Positions 27,390 to 37,269 of a stretch of DNA of 64,000 bases are shown here, in pieces. Under the pieces are notes generated by a model that did no database searches, was not told the origin of the DNA, and worked only from the letters and a program-made list of their open reading frames with translations. Source of the stretch: an uncultured Syntrophaceae bacterium. GTDB lineage: Bacteria > Desulfobacterota > Syntrophia > Syntrophales > PHBD01. The position numbers and the translations under genes were made by a program. The stretch lies in NCBI GenBank assembly GCA_964578535.1, contig CAZODI010000001.1, positions 108,338 through 172,337 on the forward strand, given 5' to 3'. The stretch's first letter is position 1. Every line of letters starts with the position of its first letter.

Positions 27390-28665
27390 GGTCTTCTGCT
27401 CCTCTTTGCAATGCTTCCATTTTCCCGGTGATGCCCGCAAGATCGAGGGGAACCGGGGTCTGCGAACTGTTCTTCAAGTCCCGGAAGACGCCGGTATGTT
27501 CGGCGATCTCGCGGTCTCCGATAATCAATGCGTAACGGCAGCCGAGCTTGTCGGCCCGCTTCATCTGGCTCTTCAGGCTCTTCCCGGCGTAGTCTATCTC
27601 GACCTCGACGCCCTCCAGGCGCAGGCGGTTCGCCAGTTCGAAGGCGATTTTCTGGGCCTCGGCGCCCAGGGCGGCAATGAACAGCGCCGGCTCGCGGCGG
27701 AAGTCCTCCGCTCCCCCCGGCATCAGCGATACCAGGCGCTCGAAGCCGATGGCGAAGCCGATTCCCGGGATGTCCGGCCCACCCAACTGCTGCACGAGCC
27801 CGTCGTAGCGGCCGCCGCCCACGACGGCGTTCTGCGCGCCCAGGACGTCGGTGGTCACCTCGAAGGTGGTCCGGGTATAGTAATCGAGGCCTCGCACCAT
27901 GCGGTTGTTGATGGAGAACGGCACGCCGAACAGGCCGAGGGATTCCTGGACGGTTCCGAAGTGTGCACGGCAGTCGTCGCAGAGGAAATCGGCCAGGCGG
28001 GGCGCATGCTCGACGGCGGCCCGGCAGGACTCGATCTTGCAGTCGAAGACCCGCAGGGGATTGGTCTGGATCCGCCGGCGGCAATCCCCGCAGAGCTCTT
28101 CTTCCCGCCCCTGAAGGTGGGCGACCACGGCCGACCGGAAGGCGGGGCGGCACAGGGGGCATCCCAGGGAGTTGATCTCGACATGGGAGTTCGTGAGGCC
28201 CACCGCCTTGAGAAAGTGGGTCAGCATCAGGATCAGCTCCGCGTCCACCCGCGCATCGTCCAGGCCCAGGATCTCGGCGTCGATCTGGTAAAACTGGCGG
28301 TAGCGTCCCTTCTGGGGCCGCTCGCGGCGGAACATGGGGCCGATCGTGTAGAGCCGGGCCACCGGTTCGGAGGCGAACAGGGCGTGTTCGATGTAGGCCC
28401 GGACGACCCCGGCGGTCGCCTCCGGCCGCAGGGTCAGGGACTCGTCCCCCCGGTCGGTGAAGGTGTACATCTCCTTCTCCACGACGTCGGTGGTCTCGCC
28501 GATTCCCCGGGCGAAAAGCTCCGTCTTTTCAAGGATCGGAATGCGGATGTCCCGGAAGCCGAAGGCGTGGAAGACCCGACGGGCCTGCTCTTCGACGAAC
28601 AGCCACTGGCCTGCCTCGGCGGGCAGGATGTCTTTGAAGCCCCGGATGGCGCTGATGGTTTCCAT
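27382..28665 (-). CDS. hisS: Histidine--tRNA ligase
   Basis: [15 protein letters not shown] start, with class IIa motifs ([25 protein letters not shown]). Confidence 0.95.
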
Positions 28666-28869
28666 GGCGTAAACAAACCCTTTTTCTCAAAGAGCGGATT
28701 CCTAACACAGATGCCAGGGAAAGGCAACCGCATTATAGGCCGGGCCGGGACAGGAGGGGCGTTCGACGGACGTTCCTCCCGTTCGATGCACCGACCCGGC
28801 GCGCTGTTCCTCCACTCCCCCCTGGCCGGACCGGGTTCAAGGCTTTTCCGCGAACGGGGCGCCGCAGGC

Positions 28870-31422
28870 TCAGGAAGTCCCTCCGGCCCTCGGGCCGTCC
28901 TTCAGAAACGTGTCGACCTCGATCTTCCGCCCGTCCGTTGTGACCGTCACGGCACCGGAGCGGTCCGTCCGGTAGACCGCCGACCCGACGGCCCGGCAGC
29001 GCGCCAGCAGGTCCGGATGGGGATGACCGAAGAGGTTATCCCGGCCGGCGCTGGCGATGACGACCTTCGGGGCGATGCTCTGGAGGAAGGGGAGTGTGCC
29101 GGAGGTGCGGGCGCCATGGTGGGGGGCCAGCAGGATCGATGCGGACAGGTCCCGTCCCGACCGGGCGAGTTCCTCCTCCACCCGGCCCGAGATGTCCCCG
29201 GGAAGCAGCATGCCGACCTCGCCCATGGTCAGGCGAAGGACGAGGGAAGAATCGTTGGCATCCCCGTAATCGGTCACGCCGGCTGCCGATTTTGGGGACC
29301 GGGGGGACGGGTGGAGGAACTCGAACCGTACGCCATCGAGGAAGATCGGCTCCGAGGCGTTGTTGACGGTCCGGAGGGCAATGCCCCGGTCCTCCAGGAT
29401 CCTACGGAGCGGCTGGAACTCCGGGGAGGAGGCGGCCTCGGCGGTTGTCCAGAATTCGCCGACCCGGAAGTTTTTCAGGACAAAGGGGATGCCCCCCATG
29501 TGGTCCGGGTGGGGATGGGACAGGACGACGGCATCGATCCGGAGGATCCTTTCATGCCAGAGAAACGGGGCGAGGACCTGTTCCCCCGTATCGAAACGGG
29601 AGATCCCGTGCACGCCGCCGCCGTCCACGAGAACGCGGCTTCCCCGAGGCAGGCGGAGGAGGGTGGCGCTTCCCTGCCCGACGTCGACGGCGGTGACCCG
29701 GAGCGTTCCGGGACGGCGGTCCGTCAGCAGGAGATATGTGCTCTGGACGACAAGGAACAGGACGCAGGCCCCCGCGATCCAGGCGAAGGGGGCGAACGGA
29801 CGTTTGCTTCGTTCTTCCCGGCCGTCCGTTGTGTCGCGAGTACCCCGCCCCCGCCGTTCGGCCAGGACCTCGATGCACAGGACCGAAGCGACAAGGAGGA
29901 TGTAAAAGACGGCCAACTGCAGGATGCCGGGCGTCGGCACATAGAGAGACGCCCAGGGAAGGGAGGCCAGCGAGGACAGGAGATCCAGGGAGACCTTGAC
30001 GAGCAGGGCCGCCGCGGAGGTGAGGACGGACGCAAGGCCGTTGGAGAACAGCCAGGCCAGGATCAGGAGCGTGCACAGAGGGATCGCCAGGAGCCCCAGG
30101 ATCGGAACGACCAGCAGGTTGGCCGCCAGCGCGATCAGGGAGATCCGGTTGAAATGGAAGGCCACCAGCGGCAGGGTCCCCAGCGTGGCGGCCAGGGTCA
30201 CGACGACGAACAGGGCGGCCTGGTGGAGGGCCTTCCGGAAGAGGCGTGCCGCGGGCGGACCCTTGTCCGGATCCGGCCTGGGAATCCAGAGGGCGAGCCG
30301 CGGCGCGATGAAAAGAAGGGAGGCGACGGCGGCGAAGGAGAGCTGAAAGGACACGTCGAAGAGCGAGCCCGGCGAGACCATCAGGATGACCATGGCCGCC
30401 AGGGCCAGGACGTTGTACAGGTCCCGCTCCCGGCCGATCAGGAGGGCGGCCATCAGGGCCAGCACCATGATGGCCGCCCGGAGGACCGAGATCCCCGCGC
30501 CGGCGACCAGCGTAAAGGCGAGAACGGGAACGACCGCCAGGGCCATGGCCAGGGGACGGACCGGAAAGGCCAGGAGGATCGTTTCCGACCGGGACAGCGC
30601 CGCCCGGAACAGGAAAAAGAAGAACGCGGCGATGATCCCGATGTTGAACCCGGAGATGGCGATGATGTGGGACGTCCCCGTACGGTTGAAGTCTTCCGTG
30701 ACGCTTTCCGGGATCTCCTTCGCGTCGCCCAGGATGACGGACTGGATCACCTCCCGCTCGGGAGAAGGCGCATGCCCGTAAATGAACCGCTTCAGCCCTT
30801 CCCGGAAGGATTCCAGCCCGGCGCGGGCGGGATTGCCCGTGTCCTTCCGGATGAGGATGACCGCCGACGGGTCCGCCAGGGAGGCCCGGAGCCGGATGCC
30901 CTGCAGGCGCAGATGCCGCTCCGCGTCGAATCCTCCGGGATTGTGAAAGGAGGAGGGAACCCGGAGGCGGGCGCGAAAGCGCAGAAGGTCGCCGTAGACG
31001 AAATCGCGGGGCGCCGGATCCTTCAGGGAGAGCAGCACCTTTCCCGTCGCGGGCTCCCAGTTTCCGCCGCGGAGGGCCTGAGAGGAGCAGACGGTCAGGT
31101 CCGCCCTGTCGGGGGAGCGCCGGGGATGCTCGCAGACCGTCCCCTGGACGGTCACCGGGTCCCGCCCCGAAAAACGGGACACCGAATCCGGGGGCGGGGG
31201 GCCATACAGGGAGCTCTGCGTGAGGATCGCCGCCGTGACGGCCATCCCGGCGCAGACCATCCAGATTGCCGCCCGGCTCCGGCGGCGGATCCGGAAGGCA
31301 AGCAGAAGCAGGAGAACCGCGGCCAGCGCGGCCGGCAGGATTGCCCCGGGCAGATGCAACCATGACCCGATGAGGATTCCCGCGATCTGGAACGCCAGCA
31401 GCGGCAAGAGCGGTCGCTTCAT
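28870..31422 (-). CDS. comEC: DNA internalisation-related competence protein ComEC/Rec2 (with C-terminal MBL domain)
   Basis: Multi-TM competence domain followed by a metallo-beta-lactamase motif (LSHPHPDHMGG). The start is MKRPLLPLLAF, or 18 nt upstream. Confidence 0.85.
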   Translation of the reverse strand: MKRPLLPLLAFQIAGILIGSWLHLPGAILPAALAAVLLLLLAFRIRRRSRAAIWMVCAGMAVTAAILTQSSLYGPPPPDSVSRFSGRDPVTVQGTVCEHPRRSPDRADLTVCSSQALRGGNWEPATGKVLLSLKDPAPRDFVYGDLLRFRARLRVPSSFHNPGGFDAERHLRLQGIRLRASLADPSAVILIRKDTGNPARAGLESFREGLKRFIYGHAPSPEREVIQSVILGDAKEIPESVTEDFNRTGTSHIIAISGFNIGIIAAFFFFLFRAALSRSETILLAFPVRPLAMALAVVPVLAFTLVAGAGISVLRAAIMVLALMAALLIGRERDLYNVLALAAMVILMVSPGSLFDVSFQLSFAAVASLLFIAPRLALWIPRPDPDKGPPAARLFRKALHQAALFVVVTLAATLGTLPLVAFHFNRISLIALAANLLVVPILGLLAIPLCTLLILAWLFSNGLASVLTSAAALLVKVSLDLLSSLASLPWASLYVPTPGILQLAVFYILLVASVLCIEVLAERRGRGTRDTTDGREERSKRPFAPFAWIAGACVLFLVVQSTYLLLTDRRPGTLRVTAVDVGQGSATLLRLPRGSRVLVDGGGVHGISRFDTGEQVLAPFLWHERILRIDAVVLSHPHPDHMGGIPFVLKNFRVGEFWTTAEAASSPEFQPLRRILEDRGIALRTVNNASEPIFLDGVRFEFLHPSPRSPKSAAGVTDYGDANDSSLVLRLTMGEVGMLLPGDISGRVEEELARSGRDLSASILLAPHHGARTSGTLPFLQSIAPKVVIASAGRDNLFGHPHPDLLARCRAVGSAVYRTDRSGAVTVTTDGRKIEVDTFLKDGPRAGGTS

Positions 31423-31507
31423 GCGTCCATTGTACACCATTCCCCGGAAAAGTTCCTGTTGATCGGGAGATCCCTCCCATAGTAATCAGGAGCACCGCCG
31501 GATTCCG

Positions 31508-33253
31508 ATGAAAACTCGACGGCGGACGCCCCCGGACGGGCGGGAAGGATCCACCCGGATGACCGAACCGTTTGCGCTCAACGACGAGAACACACCGACC
31601 CGGCTTCGGATCCTCCTGCTGTCCCGCCTCCTCATCACGACGCTTCTCCTGGCGATTTACCTCTACCTGCAGTTTCAGGAGGAGGAGCTGCTCCCGGAGA
31701 TCTCCATCCCCGGGTTCGGGGCGGCCATCTTTGCCGGTTTCGCGCTTGCGGCCGTGTACACGGTTTTCAGGTACTTTGTTGCCGACGCCCGCCTGAATGT
31801 TTATCTGCAGGGTGTGGGAGACGTTTTCCTGGTGACCGGGCTGGTTCATGCCACCGGCGGCGTCGTCAGCGTCTACGCCGTGTTCTACCCCCTGATCGTC
31901 ATCTACAGCGTGTTCTTTCTCGGGCGGGGCGGAGGGATGATCATCGCCTCGCTGTGCAGTGTCTGCTACGGTCTCCTGCTCGACCTGGAGTACTATCGCA
32001 TCGTTCCCGTCGGGGACTACGTCCACTTCCAGTTCTACGATCAGCGGGCGGGGCATGTCTTCACCCGGATCGTGACCTACATTGTTTCCTTCTACATCAT
32101 TGCCTTCCTGGCGAGCTTCGTCGTGGAGCGCGAGCGGCGGGCCCGGACTCTCCTGGCGGAAAAGGAGACGGCCTTCGACCAGCTCGACCTGCTCCACCGG
32201 AGCATCATCGAATCCGTGGATGCCGGAATCGTGACCACGAACCTTTTGCAGCAGGTCAAGTCGTTCAACCGGGCGGCCACGCAGCTGACGGGCTTCTCTT
32301 TCCGGACCGTGGAGAACCGGAACATCAACGAGGTGTTTCCCGGTTTTGCCCGCGCCGCCGGCCTCGCGGATGACCGGGATCCCGGCGGCGTTCCCCGCAG
32401 CCGCTTCGAGATGCCCTTCCGGGGCAACGACCGGGAAGAGATGATCCTCGGGTGCGCCGTCTCCCCGCTCAAGGACAAGAGAGACCGGAGAATCGGCCAT
32501 ATCCTCGTTTTCCAGGACCTGACGGCCATCAGGCGCATGGAGGAGTCCGTCGAGAAGAGCAGGCGCCTGGCCTTCATCGGTGAAATGGCCGCCGGGCTGG
32601 CCCACGAAATCCGAAACCCCCTGGCCTCCATCTCCGGGTCCATCCAGGTCCTCAAAAACAGCCTGGTCCTGCCCGATGCGGACCACCGGCTCATGCAGAT
32701 CATCCTGCGGGGCCGGGAGCAGCTTGAGAACGTCGTCCGGGATTTTCTTCTCCTCGCGCGCCCGAGTACCGGCATTCCCGAGTCCTTCGATCCCCGGGCG
32801 GTGATCGACGACGTCATCGAGTCGCTGCGCTACGTGGCGGACTGGAATGAGGGCGTCCAGGTTGTCAGGAATTACCGCCATTCCGGCTTCATGTCGGCCA
32901 ACCGGACGGAATTCCGGCAGGTCCTGTGGAACCTGCTCCTCAATGCGGTTCAGGCGATGCCCGAGGGAGGCACGCTTACGGTGGAGACGGACATGGCGGA
33001 AACGGCGGACGAAAAGCGGTTTCTCCAGTTGAGAATCACTGACTCCGGGCCGGGCATCGGCTCATCGGACCTTGAAAAAATATTCGAACCTTTCTATACG
33101 ACCAAGGAGCGTGGAACGGGGCTGGGACTGGCCATCGTCAACCGCATCGTGGAGGGGATGGAGGGGAGCATCGCCCTGGATACCCTTCCCGGGCGAGGGA
33201 CGACGTTTCGGATCCGGCTGCCCCTTCCGGAGAGCAAGGCAGGGGCACCGTAA
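31508..33253 (+). CDS. Membrane sensor histidine kinase (multi-TM N-terminus, PAS, HisKA, HATPase_c)
   Basis: H-box LAHEIRNPLASI, plus N and G boxes (LLNAVQAM, DSGPGI, GTGLGLAI). ATG 31559 is an alternative start. Confidence 0.85.
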   Translation: MKTRRRTPPDGREGSTRMTEPFALNDENTPTRLRILLLSRLLITTLLLAIYLYLQFQEEELLPEISIPGFGAAIFAGFALAAVYTVFRYFVADARLNVYLQGVGDVFLVTGLVHATGGVVSVYAVFYPLIVIYSVFFLGRGGGMIIASLCSVCYGLLLDLEYYRIVPVGDYVHFQFYDQRAGHVFTRIVTYIVSFYIIAFLASFVVERERRARTLLAEKETAFDQLDLLHRSIIESVDAGIVTTNLLQQVKSFNRAATQLTGFSFRTVENRNINEVFPGFARAAGLADDRDPGGVPRSRFEMPFRGNDREEMILGCAVSPLKDKRDRRIGHILVFQDLTAIRRMEESVEKSRRLAFIGEMAAGLAHEIRNPLASISGSIQVLKNSLVLPDADHRLMQIILRGREQLENVVRDFLLLARPSTGIPESFDPRAVIDDVIESLRYVADWNEGVQVVRNYRHSGFMSANRTEFRQVLWNLLLNAVQAMPEGGTLTVETDMAETADEKRFLQLRITDSGPGIGSSDLEKIFEPFYTTKERGTGLGLAIVNRIVEGMEGSIALDTLPGRGTTFRIRLPLPESKAGAP

Positions 33254-33283
33254 GATCCGGTTCCCCGGACAGGAGATACGGAC

Positions 33284-34651
33284 ATGGCGAAGATCCTGAT
33301 CGTGGATGACGACCAGGGCGTGCGGGAGCTGCTCGAGATCATGCTCACCCGGGAGGGGTATGTGGTGACCTGCGCCTCCGATGCCGACAAGGCGCTGAGC
33401 CGCTGCCGCAAGACGGCGTACGACCTTGTCATCACCGATCTGAAAATGCCCAAGATCGACGGCATCGAGTTCATCCGCCGCCTCAAGGACGTCGCCCCCG
33501 CCACCATGGTCATCCTCATTACCGCGTATGCGTCCCCGGAGACCGCTCTCCTGGCCATGAAGGAGGGGGCGTATGATTACGTCGAAAAGGGGTTCGACTT
33601 CGAGGATCTCAAGACGATCATCCGCAACGCCCTCGACAAGAAGGGTGTGCGGACCGAGGACGCCCGCTTTCTCCAGCAACTCGAGGACGTCGTTTCCTTC
33701 GGCGAGATGATCGGGAAAAGCCGGGAGATGCTCAAGATCTACGGGACCATCAAGAAGGTCGGCGAGACCTCCGCCAACATCCTGATTTTGGGGGAGAGCG
33801 GGACGGGCAAGGAGCTGGTGGCGAAAGCGATTCACGAGCACAGTCCCCGCAGGAAGCTACCCTTCGTGGTGATCAACTGCGGCGGCATTCCCGAGAACCT
33901 GCTGGAGTCGGAGCTGTTCGGGCACATGAAGGGCACCTTCACGGGCGCCCTGACGGACAAGCCGGGGCTCTTCGAGATCGCCCGCGGGGGGACCGTCTTT
34001 CTGGACGAGATCGCCGAGCTGTCCCCCTTTCTCCAGGTCAAGCTGCTCAGGGTCGTTCAGGAAAAGACCTTCCGGCGCATCGGGGGAGCCGAGGAGATCC
34101 GGGTGGACGTCCGGATCATTTCCGCAACCAACCAGGACCTGGCAAAGAAGGTTGGGGAGGGGACCTTCCGGGAAGACCTCTTTTACCGGCTCAATGTGAT
34201 TCCCATTCACCTGCCGCCGCTCCGGGAACGGAAGGAAGACATCCCGGCGCTGACCCAGTTCTTCATCGAGAAGTACTCCAGGGCCTTCGGGAAGCAAGTG
34301 CAGCGGATCTCCACGTATGCCATGGAGCTCTTGATGGGCTACCCCTTTCCGGGGAACGTCCGCGAGCTGGAGAACATCATCGAGCGCAGCATCGCCCTGG
34401 AGACGTCGAACATCATCCTCCCGGAAAACCTGGTGCTGTCCGGGAGCGCCTCCGCACAGACTCCTCCGGTCATCGACATCGATATCCCCCCGGAGGGAAT
34501 TCTGCTGAATGATGAGCTGGCGGAGGTCGAGCGCCGGATCATCCGGAAGGCGCTCCTCCAGACAGAGGGATCCAAGACGAAAGCCGCCGAGCTTCTGCAC
34601 GTGAGTTTCGATTCCCTGCGGTACCGCATGGAAAAACTGGGAATCGCCTGA
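33284..34651 (+). CDS. sigma-54-dependent response regulator (NtrC family: REC + AAA+ + HTH)
   Basis: REC residues (DDDQGV...ITDLKMP), Walker A GESGTGKE, GAFTGA-type loop (KGTFTGA) and a C-terminal HTH. Confidence 0.9.
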   Translation: MAKILIVDDDQGVRELLEIMLTREGYVVTCASDADKALSRCRKTAYDLVITDLKMPKIDGIEFIRRLKDVAPATMVILITAYASPETALLAMKEGAYDYVEKGFDFEDLKTIIRNALDKKGVRTEDARFLQQLEDVVSFGEMIGKSREMLKIYGTIKKVGETSANILILGESGTGKELVAKAIHEHSPRRKLPFVVINCGGIPENLLESELFGHMKGTFTGALTDKPGLFEIARGGTVFLDEIAELSPFLQVKLLRVVQEKTFRRIGGAEEIRVDVRIISATNQDLAKKVGEGTFREDLFYRLNVIPIHLPPLRERKEDIPALTQFFIEKYSRAFGKQVQRISTYAMELLMGYPFPGNVRELENIIERSIALETSNIILPENLVLSGSASAQTPPVIDIDIPPEGILLNDELAEVERRIIRKALLQTEGSKTKAAELLHVSFDSLRYRMEKLGIA

Positions 34652-34677
34652 CCCGAAACCACGATCGAGGATAACCG

Positions 34678-36231
34678 ATGCCGGAAGCCCCTTTCATTCT
34701 TGCCATCGACAACGGGACGCAGAGCGTCCGGGCCCTGCTGTTCGATCTGAGAGGGAACCTCGTCGCCAAGTCGAGGGTTCTCCTGGAGCCCTACTACTCC
34801 GAGAAGCCGGGCTGGGCGGAGCAGGATCCCCGCTACTACTGGGACAGCCTGTGCCGGGCCTGCCAGGAGCTGTGGGGCCAACAGGCCGTTCCGAAGGAAG
34901 CCGTCCGGGCCGTCGCCTTGACGACGCAGCGGTGCACGGTGATCAACGTCGACAGGGAGGGACGTCCGCTCCGGCCCGCCATTGTCTGGCTGGACCAGCG
35001 CCGCACCGAGGGACTCAAACCCATCGGCGGGTTGTGGGGAGCCGCCTTCCGCGTTGCCGGCATGAGCGAGACCGCCGCCTATCTGCAGGCGGAGGCCGAG
35101 GCCAACTGGATCAAGACCCATCAGCCGGACATTTGGAAGAAGACCCACAAGTTCCTCTTCCTCTCGGGATACCTGACCCACTGTCTGACGGGGCGATTCG
35201 CGGATTCCGTGGGCTGCCAGGTGGGGTACGTGCCCTTTGACTACAAGCGGCTCCGATGGGCGGCCTCGTGGGACTGGAAGTGGCGCATCCTGCCGGTGGA
35301 GCCATCCATGCTGGTGGACCTGGTTCCCGCCACCGGCACCCTGGGGGAAATCACCCCGGAGGCCGCGGAGGCGACGGGCATCCCGGCGGGCCTTCCCCTC
35401 ATCGCCGCGGCGGCCGACAAGGCCTGCGAGGTGATCGGCGCGGGATGCCTGGAGCCCGACGTCGCCTGTCTGAGTTACGGGACGACCGCCACCATCAACA
35501 CGACCCACCGGAAATACCTGGAGGCCATTCCCCTGATCCCTCCCTATCCGTCTGCCGTACCGGGGGCCTACAGCCAGGAGATCATGGTGTACAGGGGCTA
35601 CTGGATGGTGAGCTGGTTCAAGCGCGAATTCGCCGACCGTGAACAGGCCCTGGCCCTGGAGCGGGGCGTGGAGCCCGAGGCCCTCTTCGACGAACTGCTC
35701 CGGCAGTCGCCTCCCGGATCTCAGGGGCTGGTGCTTCAGCCGTACTGGTCGCCGGGTGTCAAGGTGCCCGGACCGGAGGCGCGGGGAGCCATCATCGGTT
35801 TCGGCGACGTTCACAATCGGGCCCACGTCTACCGGGCCATCCTGGAGGGTGTCGCCTATGCCCTCCGGGAAGGGAAGGAGCGGACGGAAAAGCGGAACGG
35901 CATCCCCATCACGGCCCTGCGGGTGGCGGGAGGCGGATCCCAGAGTGACGGGGCCATGCAGCTGACGGCGGACATCTTCGGCATTCCTTCGGCCAGGCCT
36001 CACATCTATGAGACATCGGGACTCGGCGCCGCCATGGATGCCGCCGTGGGCACGGGACTGCATCCGGACTTCGCGACGGCGTGCCGGGAAATGACCCGGG
36101 TGGGCCGGGTCTTCGAGCCCGATCCGGCCACGCACCGTCTGTACGACGATCTGTATCGACGGGTGTACTGCCAGATGTACGGGAAGCTGAAGCCCCTTTA
36201 CGAGGAAATCCGAAAGATATCCCGGTCCTGA
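34678..36231 (+). CDS. FGGY-family carbohydrate kinase
   Basis: N-terminal [13 protein letters not shown] motif and FGGY_N/FGGY_C architecture. The substrate is not assignable. Confidence 0.8.
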   Translation: MPEAPFILAIDNGTQSVRALLFDLRGNLVAKSRVLLEPYYSEKPGWAEQDPRYYWDSLCRACQELWGQQAVPKEAVRAVALTTQRCTVINVDREGRPLRPAIVWLDQRRTEGLKPIGGLWGAAFRVAGMSETAAYLQAEAEANWIKTHQPDIWKKTHKFLFLSGYLTHCLTGRFADSVGCQVGYVPFDYKRLRWAASWDWKWRILPVEPSMLVDLVPATGTLGEITPEAAEATGIPAGLPLIAAAADKACEVIGAGCLEPDVACLSYGTTATINTTHRKYLEAIPLIPPYPSAVPGAYSQEIMVYRGYWMVSWFKREFADREQALALERGVEPEALFDELLRQSPPGSQGLVLQPYWSPGVKVPGPEARGAIIGFGDVHNRAHVYRAILEGVAYALREGKERTEKRNGIPITALRVAGGGSQSDGAMQLTADIFGIPSARPHIYETSGLGAAMDAAVGTGLHPDFATACREMTRVGRVFEPDPATHRLYDDLYRRVYCQMYGKLKPLYEEIRKISRS

Positions 36232-36348
36232 CCGGACCGGGAGCGGGCGGCCGACGGAGGTGGGAGAAAAATATTCTTGTCTTTTTGCGGGGGGCCGCTA
36301 TAATCCAGCGCCGGTCCGGCATGGTTGAAGGGGCCGGGAAAGGGTCCG

Positions 36349-36840
36349 ATGGACGTTCAGTTTGCCCCCTGGAGAATGGCCTACATCAAGGGAGAAAAAC
36401 CGAAAGGGTGTGTCTTCTGCAGGGAGGAAGCCCGCGACGACGAGCTCCTGCTCTGGGAGGGGGCGACCTGCCTCGTGATGCTGAACCGCTACCCTTACAA
36501 CAACGGCCATCTGCTGGTAATGCCGTCCCGCCATGTGGCGAACCTCGACGATCTGACGGGAGAGGAAAGAGCGGAGCTGTTCGATCTGCTGGACTGTTCC
36601 GTGCGGGTCCTTCGAGAGGCTCTCTGCCCGGAGGGGATCAACGTCGGCATCAACCTCGGCCGGGCGGCCGGCGCCGGCGTGGAGGACCACCTGCACATCC
36701 ACGTGGTTCCCCGCTGGTCCGGAGATACGAATTCCATGACCGTGGTGGGAGGAGTCCGGGTGATTCCGGACAGCCTCACCGGAACCCGGGATGAACTGAA
36801 GCCCCGTTTTCAAAAAGCCGCTTCCGGAGGCCTGAGATGA
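36349..36840 (+). CDS. HIT-family nucleotide hydrolase/transferase
   Basis: Histidine triad HLHIHVVPRW and an N-terminal CxxC-like GCVFCRE. Start trimmed to MDVQFAPW. Confidence 0.8.
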   Translation: MDVQFAPWRMAYIKGEKPKGCVFCREEARDDELLLWEGATCLVMLNRYPYNNGHLLVMPSRHVANLDDLTGEERAELFDLLDCSVRVLREALCPEGINVGINLGRAAGAGVEDHLHIHVVPRWSGDTNSMTVVGGVRVIPDSLTGTRDELKPRFQKAASGGLR

Positions 36841-37151
36841 AGGTAGTCTATATCGTCCTTGTCATGCTGATCATGCTGTTTGTGATCACCTTTGCCCTGC
36901 AGAACCAGACGGACGTCGTCATCCAGTACTACGAGCTGTTTCCGAGGGTCGCGGTGGCCGCCTACATGCTCATCTTCCTGTCCTTCCTGGTGGGCGTCAT
37001 CTTCACGGGGTTCCTGGGAGTCATCGAGCGCTTCCAGCTCAACCGCACCATCACGAGGCTGAACAAGCAGATCCGGGAGCTCCGGCGTGAGATCCGCGCC
37101 GGCGAAGCCCCACCGGTCATCGAGGAGGGGACGGCCGAGAAGCAGTCGTAG
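36837..37151 (+). CDS. LapA-domain (DUF1049) small inner-membrane protein
   Basis: Two TM segments followed by a coiled-coil tail (LNKQIRELRREI). ATGA overlap with the HIT gene. Confidence 0.65.
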   Translation: MKVVYIVLVMLIMLFVITFALQNQTDVVIQYYELFPRVAVAAYMLIFLSFLVGVIFTGFLGVIERFQLNRTITRLNKQIRELRREIRAGEAPPVIEEGTAEKQS

Positions 37152-37206
37152 AACCACGAGAACAACGGAGACGGACTTCCATCCGATCTCGTTTCCGAAA
37201 AAAAGA

Positions 37207-37233
37207 GGGGGGCAGATCTGAAATCCGCCCCCC
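37207..37233. terminator. Palindromic element copy / bidirectional terminator between convergent genes
   Basis: GGGGGGCAGATCTGAAATCCGCCCCCC, flanked by A-run upstream and TTTCT downstream. It is a member of the GGGGGCGGATTTC..AAATCCGCCCCC family. Confidence 0.6.
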
Positions 37234-37269
37234 TTTCTGCGTCCGGGGAAAAAGCGACTCCTCCGCGAT